In this document: positions 12,662-23,661 of the stretch, piece after piece
Layout of the letters: the number at the start of each line of letters is the position of its first letter
How positions within the stretch are numbered: position 1 is the stretch's first letter
Source of the DNA: Pavona decussata
Lineage: Eukaryota
DNA length: 64,000 bases
Assembly (NCBI GenBank): GCA_977016875.1
Contig: CDRNST010000342.1
Span: forward strand, 1 to 64,000
Direction of reading: 5' to 3'
Position numbers and translations under genes: made by a program
Notes under the pieces: generated by a model
Databases searched by the model: none
Told to the model about the DNA's origin: nothing
The model's input: only the letters and a program-made list of their open reading frames with translations

Positions 12662-13763
12662 ATATTAGCTAATATTTACACAGCTGTTAAAGCAAAGCAA
12701 TTTGAATATTTGTGACATGACATTAAATGACATTGTCCTCCGAAAATTATCAGCAAATAGTGACCACTGAAGTCTAAGCAGTGTTTTTTTTTTTTTTCAC
12801 ACAGTCCACAAACTATTATTTCCAGCGGCTTTGTATAATTATACAGCTACAGCTAGGCCTTAGTTTTCGAACAGTGTTGGAGTGACGCGGTCAAAGCAGT
12901 TGTGATAGATATAACAAGGTTTTTGTCAATTTAACATGGTTTGAGGTCGTTGTCATGCATCTGAAGATATATAAAAAGCCTGCAAAACTACTGATAACAG
13001 TGTACACAATGTTTCAATCCAGCGAAGACATAAACATCCTCAGCTGAATAACAAACTGCCGTACGTTCTTGCTTGAGCTGCACATTCCTTTTACCTGAAA
13101 CCAACAGAACAAAACTTGGTTTATCTTTCTCCTGCCTTAGGGATAATGCGACTTACGACTTCACAGCGTATACAGTGCGATGTCGTGATCAAGGTGGCAC
13201 GCGCGGAATTCCTTACGTGACCAACCGCGCGCAAAGAAATTGATTGTTAATACTAGAAAGCCACCTTAAGAGGCAGGCTTTTAAATCATCGGCATCTTGC
13301 AAAACAGAAAACTATAGAAGAAAACGTGATACAAAACTTAAATACTTTGTATATTTTGTTTATGATGGGAAGAAGCGTAGAGAGTACTGCGCACCGAAAT
13401 GAAATGAATGAAATGAACTCCACGAGACTACAAGCGAGCGAACCACGAGGGCGCGCGCGAGAATTGCTCCCCGAGTCGCGTCTGTCGCGTGCGCTGCGTG
13501 GCTCAATCGCTTTACTAACAAAAAATAAGGGACTGCTCGTGATCTAGAACTATATAAGAGCGGTAATTAAGTACGGCAGTATTGAGAATACTGCCATACA
13601 AAAATTTAAAAAAAGTTAATATGAAACGCTGCCTGTACGGCTGTAAACGCACGCTCTCAACACACGCTTTAATATTTGTGCAAGTATCATCAGAAGACAA
13701 GGAATGACAAAAATGCTAATTAAGTGATTCCCTTGCTGAGAGAAAAACCAACTCACCTGCTTA

Positions 13764-15311
13764 TCAAAACCTTTCATCGTTTTCTTGAGGTTCCTTCCAA
13801 GATTGTCGTTCATCGTTTTCTTCAGGCTCCTTTCGTAAGTTTTGCTCATTGTTTTCTTCAGGCTGGTTCGAAGATATGGGAAAGGAACGGTGCCCGATGA
13901 TCCGTCCCCTCACAACAGCTTGTAATTTATTGTTCCAAATCTTAAAGGCTATACTCAAGTACTTTAAGGCTTGGTTATTTGTCCTTCAAAGACCCCCAGC
14001 AAAGATTTTAAGGAACCTGTTTTCTCTGTCGAGAAAAGAATTTACACTATAGAGGAAATTCATTCCATAAACTGCCTGACTTTCTTGACCAAACGGAAGT
14101 CTTCCTAAGTGTCACGTGACATTCCTTGGTTGATGACGTCACATAACTTGTTTTTGAAAATGGGGAACATTTATACTTCAAAATTTTGAAAACATTGCCA
14201 TTAAAATGTTTGGTATAGCTGTGCCAACCTAATTCCGCCTTTTAAGGTGGTACTCGTTATTTATCTTTTAAGATATTTGGATATTTATCATGTCACGTGA
14301 CCCATTTTCCTTAATTGACCGTTACTCTTAAGATGTGGACATCATTAAAAGGCGGGATGATAAAGCCCTTAAAAGGGCTCATCGAGTAAGCAACAAACAA
14401 GATTGATATAATGTAGCTTTTTGTTCCCCATTTTTGAGTAAAGATTTTAACCGTTAAAAGTCGTTTTCAGGTCACGTGACTAGAATCTGATACAGCAAAT
14501 TTTGGAAAATTAATAAGGACACCGATATTAAACTGTTTGCTAAGTTTCACAGAGATCGGACAAATGCAGTTCCTTCCAAATAAAAATGTGCATAATAATT
14601 AGGCTGGTCAAGCCTTAATAGGTGGTTTTCACCTTGCACGTCGTCACGCAAGGGAAAAAATAAAATCCTCAACCATTCAATAGATTAAGTCAAGAAATTG
14701 ATATGTTGTAGAAGAGTGATACAAAAACAACGTGTGAAAGCCACAGGGCTGTGCGATATCTCCTAATCAAGTTATTCGAGAAAATGAACCACGGAAAATT
14801 ACAGAGTTTAGTATGGGACGCCATGTTAGTGCCCCGTCTGATGGGCACCAACATGACGGCCGGAAACCAGCAAAAACATCTGGAGTTTACCTTGGCTATT
14901 TCAAAGCCTTTCTTCTCTCTGCTGAACTTTCACACATTGACATTAACGCTTCTATTACATGTTAGCTGATCAGACCTAAAAAAAACACGAGACGGATCGA
15001 TGTTTTCATGTACGTGACATGTTTAGAGCAGCAATCCTTCTGTCACGCAACGCGCAAAAATCTAAAATTCAAACTGCTCTATTTTCAAAACAAAGAATGC
15101 TATCCCGCTGAAAACAAGCAAGCCGATGGAAATTTAGATTTTCTTATATGTGAGGAAGATAAAAACCCAAAATTGTGTTTAGTTATGAATTTCAGTTTTT
15201 TATGACGTCATGTGAAAACCAAGAATACACTTGAGCTAGTAATTTTAGCATCCAGGTGGTGATACCAAAAACTACAATCCAGAAAAATACTGCCGAAAAA
15301 CACGTCTCCAT
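13764..15311 (-). pseudogene. HDERF-family subfamily B copy 2, split by a 1.28-kb composite insertion
   Basis: The 5' part METCFS...MLKLL lies at 15311-15237 and the 3' part AFKIWNNK...EPQENDERF at 13950-13764. Confidence 0.8.
13952..15234. mobile_element. Composite non-autonomous insertion: TTAA-flanked element (13968-14614) plus MITE (~14619-15227)
   Basis: Absent from paralogs; GCTA is duplicated at the junctions. TTAA-GGCTTG...CAAGCC-TTAA ends are Kolobok-like. The second element has GGTGGTTTTCAC...GTGAAAACCA ends. Confidence 0.7.
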
Positions 15312-15539
15312 TTCTTTACCAAACGTAAGTACGCAGTTAGTATCTCTAGTATGCGGGACCCGCGTACCCGTGCGTCCAAAATTTTGCTCTTTCATGTGCT
15401 TTTGGCTCTTTGCTGCAAGCGGAAGCTCAAAATTCGACCAATCAGAATGCGTTATTTGACAAAGTGGCGGCGCGGCGCCCACTGCCCGTTTGTGAAGGTA
15501 AAATCTAAGGCGACTCGACTGACTCTCAGGCAGGCGCAT

Positions 15540-16570
15540 ATGAACGAAGGTGGCAGAAAGTAGTTAACAAAGCTACGAAGAGGAACAAGCACTCCTAATC
15601 TGTAAAATTAGATGAAGAACAGAAAGGAGAAAATGACGAGATAGAGATTCCAAGCGCTCAACCTGAGCCTTCAAGAAAGACCACCACACGGCCTAACACA
15701 AGCAGGGAAGGAAAGAGCTACTATGGAATATCGAGCCAACAGAGTACCAGTAGGGATAATAAGCGCCCTCTAGATAGCAAGTTCGTCAAGCCTAAATTGA
15801 CCGATGCAAAGAAGGCCCGACTGGTAGAGGAGTTAACCTTTATCCATGAAAAGATGGACAGCTCAAAGAAATCAGTCGGACTACTTCAGAATCACTTTGT
15901 CAAGGGCACTTATGGTGGTCACATGTCCCAAGACTTTAAGATACTATATTACGCCCGACCAAGAATTCAAACCTGACACCAGCTCGATCCGTAAGAAAGC
16001 AGAACAGGCTCTTGAGAGCGCCGGCGCGTAGAAAGACTGACGATTAAGATCAGAAAGCTCGAACAGGCGAAACATCGTCGAGAAGAAATTGTATTACAAG
16101 AAAGCAGTCTTTTATCAAGGCAGACCCTAAAAGAAAACTCATTCCAATTCAATGGAAAAGACTCTCTACAAACTCATGGAACAGCCATGGAAACAAAATA
16201 CAGAAACTTAAATAGTCAGACAGAGCGACAACAAACCGCTTGTGTGGAAAGGGTTCATTGATGGGGTGTTCTCGCTATGGAACATAAGCGTGCACGAAAT
16301 AGAAGAATTTATTCATATAAGGCAAACAGCTTCCATCAAACAATCAAGTTTACAACTGGAATTTTGGAAACAGAAATTACATTCTTGGACACAAAAGTGT
16401 ACAAAGGTGACACATTTCACAAGGAATCTATCCTTGACGTGCAAACATACTACAAACCCACGGAGACCTTTCAATACACGAATTTCTATTCGTGTCACCC
16501 ACCAGGCGTCACGAGAGGATTTACCTAGTGGGAAACTTTTTTTAAAGGCTTCTGCGAACAAATTTCTCTC
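15540..16570 (+). mobile_element. Degenerate Penelope-like RT fragment (duplicate)
   Basis: WKGFIDGVFSLWN, FLDTKVYK and KPTETFQYTNFYSCHPPG motifs with frameshifts. Confidence 0.8.
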
Positions 16571-18693
16571 ATTTCCTCTCTCGATGATTCGGGATTCCCA
16601 AAAAAGATCACAAAAGTTTGTTCATTCATTTCGACAAAGATCTGACAAGTAATAAAAATGTTCATGTTTCGCATTCGTTCTAACCTGAAGGCCTAAAACT
16701 CGGGTTACATTCATTCGAATGTTTTCAAATTTACAATGCAAATGACTTGGCTGTCAAGATGATTGACAGGTCAGAGTGGTGTTATCAAAACATCTATTGT
16801 TTCCAGACAGCTAAGATGGAGGGGATTCCCCTAATTAACGAGTCCTTGTCATTACAAGAAGCAGAGGATTATGGGCGATTCAGCCGCAGTTTCATATGGC
16901 GGATGTGTGAATCATTTAACCACATCTTAACAACATCAGCCTTGCAACTAACATTTACCAAAAAGTTCGTAGAGAAGCGCTTTCATGCGGCTTGAGGTAG
17001 ACAACGAAGATAATATCTTGAGGCAGCAGAATAATAACCAAGACAAACATCACTGTCAGTGTCCATTCATGAACGAAGCCAGAATAATAACAGAATCTTG
17101 ACTACAGTATGGAACGGAGTTGCGGCTACGAACTACGGAACAAGCAAAGATATTCAACAGCCAGATATGTTCACTTGAGGAAAAACAGTTTGGAAAATTG
17201 TGGTTTCTTTCTTGCAATCTTGGTCAAAACAGACACCGCATTCAAAGCTTCGCGTTCGTATATAGCGGACCGCTTTCGTCCACCGATGGCCGTGAACATC
17301 ATTAACTACGATCTGTTTCAGTCATTTGCCGATGAAGAACCACTAATCGGCACTGAATTCACTGAAAGTTAAAGAAGGATTTAATACTCACTATCATAGA
17401 CTTTCACTGTTCGTTAAAGAAACCGTTCATTCGTGCAGTCGAAACACAGCCATTATATTGTTAACAAACTGGTCTAAAAATTACTTGAAACATTCTACAG
17501 ATGATCAGATGATCTACTTGCATCATCTACTCTTTAGACAGCGATTAATTTTCAGGAGGTTTGTTTAACAGTTACCAAAAATGTGCAGTGTCTGTATAGT
17601 AATAATTAAATGAATAATAAGCGACAGCGAAGCCTTTCCATGCCTTCGCACAATTTTGCAATTTTACTATATGTACATTGCCAAGTCACTGATTTGGGCT
17701 GGCTCTTTATTCATACAGCTATGAGCCAGGATATAAATACAACTCACACTTTTCGAAAAGCGACAGAGTACAATTTTTCAGAACAAATTATTCTGCTTTT
17801 TAAAACGCAAAATTAGCTACAACATTTACAATTTCCGGTCTTATTATTATTATTTTTTTTGTTATCTTATCATAAAAGTCCACGATAACTGCTGTGAGAC
17901 TTCATCGATCATCAAAGGAATACAGCACAAGCCAAAACGGACGTCTTCAGTAATAGAAGGCCGGCCATTCTTCAGTAAACTCGAACAGCTGAAAAGGAGA
18001 AATCAAAATCACACTGATGAGTAAAGTGGGGGGTGGGGGGGGGGGGGGGGGCAGTAAAATGTTGTCATGTTTTTGACTTAACTATCTTGTGCAGGTTGCC
18101 GAGCGAGTTTGTCGCGGGAATTCAGAATTTCACGACGTTATGATATTGGGGCGAGACTGACTTGACCTTCTACACTCGCAAACCACGCAGCTGCATCATG
18201 AACGAATGAGAAAAGAGGAAACGATAAAATATTGGCATTACGGACTGACTCATGGCCTGCATCAAAACAAAGAGGTCGAAAGGGCACAATTAATTCCTAC
18301 TACAATTTCATAAGACTTTATAAATACTACCCTATTTCCCACCCACCCTCTTCCCCGAATCGTTGTGAACTTGCGCGGAACGGAATACTAAATATCCGGC
18401 GACAACAATAGAGTTATACCTTGAAGCTCTAAATAAAACGCGCGGAAAAAGGGAGAACGGTGCCATGTAAATGCCACTTTGGCATTCCCGACTCCACACG
18501 TGGCAAAGGTCATTTCGACTCACTGACAGTTGTCTCCAGGATCTGAGATTCTAGAAGACGCTAAAAAAAACTATTCGCAAACTACGGTAGGAAAGAACGC
18601 ACCACTTTCTGAACTAAACGATTTTCATTTACCCCAAGTATTCTCTAACATTATCGTAAAGTGTATCAACTGTTTAACTTACTTTTCTTTTTA

Positions 18694-18852
18694 TCAGAAC
18701 CTCTCATCATGTTCCTCTGGTTCCTTCTTTCCTCGTTTGCCTCTCTTCGCTGCAACTTTCTTCTCCCACATCTTTAAACATAACAAGGTTATCATCGCTC
18801 CAATCACGGCACCAGACACCAGACTCGCTAAAAATTTGCCTGATGGTAACAT
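18694..18852 (-). CDS. HDERF-family subfamily A copy 4 (52 aa)
   Basis: MLPSGKFLASLVSGAVIGAMITLLCLKMWEKKVAAKRGKRGKKEPEEHDERF. GTAAGT 11 nt after the stop; TATATA at ~18923 and CCAAT at 18978. Confidence 0.7.
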   Translation of the reverse strand: MLPSGKFLASLVSGAVIGAMITLLCLKMWEKKVAAKRGKRGKKEPEEHDERF

Positions 18853-19011
18853 TTTATCGCACGCAGTTAAAAAGATGCCACTTGCTGGAGACGACTTGAG
18901 TCAATCAGTGATGATCGCAGTGTATATACCGGCTAGAAATGCAGCGAGTCTCGAGTCAGAAAGAACACGTGTAACAGCCAATCAAAACGATGGAAGTCGT
19001 TGGGCGCATAG

Positions 19012-19300
19012 GTGACGTCGCGTGGGCGGATATGACATCGATTTCTGATGACATCGAATATGACATGGAATATGACGTTTTCGGGCGGATACGACATCGA
19101 TTTCTGATGACATCGAATATGACATCGAATATGACGTTTTCGGGCGGATACGACACCGATTTCTGATGACTTCGAATTTGACGTAGGCTCGATTACCAGC
19201 CGCTGTTCGGGAAAATGAGCCCGCGCTCACAAAAAACGGACTCGAGGGGAGTGGTGGAAATCGAGCCTAAATGATATCGGGCGCCGGATATGACATCGAA
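19012..19300. repeat. TATGACATCGAA minisatellite with embedded MITE (19184-19269)
   Basis: Third paralog of the minisatellite. Confidence 0.85.
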
Positions 19301-22135
19301 GGTTTCTGTTTCCTGTTAGACCGGTTCGGGTAGGGCATGCAAACAAAAAGCTGAACAAACTTCGTTCACATATATGCTGTTTTTATTTATGATATACATA
19401 TACATGTGTAATGTATGAACGTCCAAAAGATCCTACGGTAAGAGTTACCTAGTTTCATCTTAGTGTACAAAAGCATTTCACTATTTCTCGCTCGATTTCA
19501 TTCTGTGCACACTGGGTGAATTCATGATCTGCAAATTAGCCCAAAGCCTTTCGGAAGTTTTCTTTCGGTTTCAACAGTGACGGAATCAGCTAGTTTCGCG
19601 TGTCATCATGTGCTGAGCATTATTGAAGCAAATCGTGCGTGATGTAGTGTAAATTATTCCTACAAATCATCCACTGAGTCGCAAAATAAAAGATTGCAAA
19701 ATCTCGTTACTTTTTTAAAATATAAACTGTCGTATGTCGTGCGTGACATACAGGGGAGTGGAATCGACCATAACCATTATAGCCTCCCAAAACCGGGCGC
19801 AAAACAATAACTATGAAGACAAACACTGAGTGAGTGGTGCCCGCGGTGGGAAAAAATGTTACAGTGAATATGTTTTAATTGGAATGAGCTGAACGATAAA
19901 CGGTGTATCTACAGTTTTCCCCATAAATATTTAAAATAAGCGAGCTTCGAATTCTAGTATGTGCTAAGCCGCACCATGGGTCTAAGGGCCACACGGCCTG
20001 AGCTTAAGCCGGTTTCTAGCTCATGAAGCACAAGAGCAGCGAGCCGCATGAAAAAAAAGGAATCACTGTTTCTTGTGTTTATCTTTTAATATCAACGATT
20101 CCAAAATAATATAACCATATCTCTCTGTAATAATAACATAGTTTGCAAATATTTGTGCTCCTCGTTTGACGCTCTTATACAAATTTTATGCGCAAATATA
20201 TCTATACTTGTGTTAATCTCCCAATACAGAGCTCCAGAATAAATATTATTGACGCCACTGACTTTGAAGAATATGTTACTGAAACCACGATTTCTCCACC
20301 TTTGATGGCGTAAATAAATAAGGCGATCACAGGCAAGCATGTTTCCATTTTTTTAGCCGCATTGGTTACAAAATGTGCGTGCGAATCATGCACATGATTT
20401 GTCTGGTTATTGACCTTTTGAAGATCAAAGGATATTTCAATGACTTCTAGTAGATTGTTATTCCAAACCAAGCTGAACACAGCTAGTGAAAATGTTAATA
20501 TACTGAGACAACCCTTGATTTTGAGAAAAAGAAAAAAAATATTGCTTTCATTGTTAGGCCTTTCACTTGAGAACATACAAGTGTCAGAATGGATGATTGC
20601 TTGTACACATGAGCTACACATGAGCTCATCAGTATCAAACTCATATCTCAGTGTTGTAAAAAAATTATGTATTTCATTCCTAAGGGAAGACGCCTCTTTA
20701 AAGTCCTGTTTACAGATACTATTTTTGTCACACCTTTTTAGTGAAACTTGTGGCACTTTCAAGTCGTCTGATCTGTGTTAACGTAGATTAGACTAAACTA
20801 ACCTTGTTCCCAGGGTCGTCCTGTTGGTGAAATCCAAGAGATCATCATCCATGGGGATGAGGTGGAGAATGATCAAATTTTTAAATTAGCATTAATATGA
20901 CTTTGCATGATCGGTTTTTGTGGGGACCAAGGAGCTAAGATGGGTTTGGGATTCGGTCTCTCATCTCAGCATTTAGCATTTCTTTTGTTTCAGCTATGGG
21001 GAATAATTATTTATTTATAGTTTTATTTTTTAAATTTATAAATTATATACCTGGGAGGTTTCCTTTCAAGCTCAAATACGACTTCCTGGTGGGGTTAAGA
21101 TAATTTATGAAGTCCACTTAATTAGTGCTTTTATTTTTGTACCCTTGCCCTTTAATACTCTCTTCCCTGAATCACAAATATAACATGAGTAAAGTTGGAA
21201 GAGTTAGGAAGCAGTTCTTACATTGTATTTCTAAATATTTACTGTTTTCCATCTGAATTAAAACTATTAGCGAGGCAGTGTTACATATCAACAAGCCAGC
21301 ATGAAATTACAATTGTATTTAGGAAGTCTGCCTCTGCCTAATTTTTACTATTTCCAGTATTGCAATTTATTACGTTTTTTTCTGTCGTTATGAGCTATTG
21401 TTTTTGACGGCATTTTCTAACACACAAAAGCGTGACCTAGGGTAAAATTAAAATGGGGTGATTTATAGTTCGCGTGACAGAGTCACCTAAAATAGCGTTA
21501 CAATAAATTGACAAGAAACTGTTCCCAATGATTTATATTCCTCAATGAGCTACAAAGCGGTCGTAGTCGACAGCAGAAACTGTGAATTCTTCTCCGGCAA
21601 AAGTCTGTAGCTTTAAACTTCAGGCTTGAGCGGCCATTCATCAATGCTGTAGGAGTCTGTAGGGAAACAAATTAAAACACTTAGAAAAAAACGCATTTGT
21701 TGTCAGGCTGAAGGAAGATCACTGATGTGAGTCTTCAGTGAAATTTCTTGGACACAAAAGTAAAGCCTTTCAAAAACTGATTTGTGCTGAGATTTCGCGG
21801 GCGAGGTGTTAGAGTCCACTGAGTAGGTTTTTCTACTCCTTAGTTATTATTCGCTCCCTAAAAATGAATTCGTCTAACGAAGCCGTATTCCAACTGGATA
21901 AAAGTCTTTAAAAAGTACACTCGACTGATCTAGGACCCCTGACTGAGCTACCGTACTGATTTGATTTAGCGCCCTCCTTCCAATAAGCGCCCTCCTTCTA
22001 ATATTATTATGTACAGCGCCTTCAGAGTACGTATCAAACGTGGTCTATCTTCCTTTAATAGCTGAGATACGTAATAATGTATTACAAAAATAGTGCCCTG
22101 CGTCTGAGTTTCTCAACTGTAATGTCCATGTTAGT

Positions 22136-22221
22136 TAGCCTGCGTAGCTGGCGGTATTCATAGTGTAGGCGCGAAAACTTTATTTCACGCGCGCCTACAA
22201 TACCGCCAGCTACGCAGGCTA
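22136..22221. mobile_element. Hairpin MITE TAG...CTA with 9-bp TSD (Academ-like)
   Basis: TAGCCTGCGTAGCTGGCGGTATT...AATACCGCCAGCTACGCAGGCTA flanked by CATGTTAGT on both sides. Confidence 0.85.
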
Positions 22222-22505
22222 CATGTTAGTTACCGCAGATAAATTCATGAGAACCTGACAAGAAGCCAAAATAAAACGGAGATTGAGATGTTACTCGCAG
22301 TCAGAGTAATATGCTGTGTCAAGATGAGGAAAGAAGCAAAACTTTTATAACTTTAACGTGAACACAAACGACACGAAACACACAATTGTGGAGTAAAAGA
22401 AGCCGGACTGATTGAGTAATTTCCATCCTTAGCTGAGGAAAATTTAAAGCTGTTAGAGAAAGGTCTTGTTGCCGCTGTATGGGTATATAAGAAGCACTCA
22501 CTTCT

Positions 22506-22682
22506 TCAAGTAGATCGCTCGTCGTGTTCACAGGGAAATTTCCGGAACCCAGTCAGTGAATATCCCTGTCTCCTTCGTTTTTCTCTTTCTTCAGCTTCCC
22601 ACAACTTTAAACTCAGCACTGCGATGATTCCACCAAAGACAAAAAATACTAAGCTCCCCCAGAATTCGTTCGATGGAAACAT
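22506..22682 (-). CDS. HDERF-family subfamily D copy 1 (58 aa)
   Basis: MFPSNEFWGSLVFFVFGGIIAVLSLKLWEAEEREKRRRQGYSLTGFRKFPCEHDERST. GTGAGT 4 nt after the stop; TATATAAAT at 22789-22797 on the minus strand. Confidence 0.7.
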   Translation of the reverse strand: MFPSNEFWGSLVFFVFGGIIAVLSLKLWEAEEREKRRRQGYSLTGFRKFPCEHDERST

Positions 22683-23167
22683 ATCTTTTCCGGTGAGGCG
22701 AAGTAAAGCCAAATGTACTTCTTGTTGGTGAGAAACAAGCGCCTTCTCAGTTGTTACGAAGTAGGGTATGCATATGCATGCGCCCAGCATTTATATATTC
22801 GCTTGGTTTCTCCGGCGCAGTCTTGCAATTGGAAGGGGGGGGGGGGGGGGGGTAATACTTCCCTTATATAGGCCGGCAAAGAGAATGTGGTTTTTTTTTT
22901 TTTTGAGCCGTTTTAATTTTGGAATGAAATTTTTTTTCCAACGATTTCGGCTTGTCTGAAAGTCAGAAAATGGATATGGACTGCCCAGGTCTGAAAATGG
23001 GTATAAATTTTTAATAAAGGCCATGTCTAAGAAAAGGAACCCGCGGGCTGTACATCTCACCAAAACGTTTGAGGAGTACCCCCTATCACATCTTACATCC
23101 GAGGTAAAGAAAGTCAAATATGCGTGGGCACACCGCCAAAGGTTTTATTGTATTTCCGGATGGCATG

Positions 23168-23235
23168 TAGCCAGCGTCACAGACGGACTATAACCCCTAT
23201 TACCGGGGGTTATAGTCCGTCTGTGGCGCAGACTA
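23168..23235. mobile_element. Hairpin MITE TAG...CTA with 9-bp TSD
   Basis: Internal inverted repeat CACAGACGGACTATAACCCC / GGGGTTATAGTCCGTCTGTG; GATGGCATG duplicated on both sides. Confidence 0.85.
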
Positions 23236-23632
23236 GATGGCATGTCGCGTGTGGAAACTCATAACACATAACTCGTAACATCATAACACATCTGGCTAAT
23301 TGTTCTATGAGAACACAAAAGGGAAGAAGTCAATTCAAACAACTGATACTAAGAGCAAGATTACAACCAAAGAACCATCCATGCCTGTTACGATTCTCTG
23401 GTGATGATAGCTCTGCTGCTATCACATGCGATTTGAATACTAACGTCAGCATCTTCACGAAAGCGGTATGAAAGGATGGGTTCAATATCAACGGCTTGCT
23501 ACAGAAATACGAATGGAACAACGAAGGGTGGCGACATGTACCGTCTAAGGCATTTGATCAGAGCAAGAGATCAGAGACAGCAGAGGAAAATGATTTTTCA
23601 CTCGAGTCCCTTTATGGGTATTGTATTATTGT

Positions 23633-23661
23633 CAAGAGATTGTCATTGTCATCCTCTCTTG
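23633..23661. mobile_element. 29-bp mini TIR element CAAGAGA...TCTCTTG with 8-bp TSD
   Basis: ATTATTGT flanks both sides; same termini as 12638-12661. Confidence 0.75.

Larger units (their letters stand above)
10151..18171. repeat. Tandem segmental duplication unit 2 (~8.02 kb, including a 1.28 kb insertion)
   Basis: Near-identical to unit 1. The length difference is explained by the insertion at 13952-15234. Confidence 0.95.
18172..19975. repeat. Partial third tandem unit
   Basis: Matches 3409-5165 and 10151-11885, then similarity ends. Confidence 0.9.

Noticed and set aside
18530-19015. 161-aa plus-strand ORF (and similar ones at 1126, 3973, 10630, 54167)
   Set aside because: Antisense shadow of the A-type microprotein gene; its frame is not conserved among copies, whereas the minus-strand frame is.
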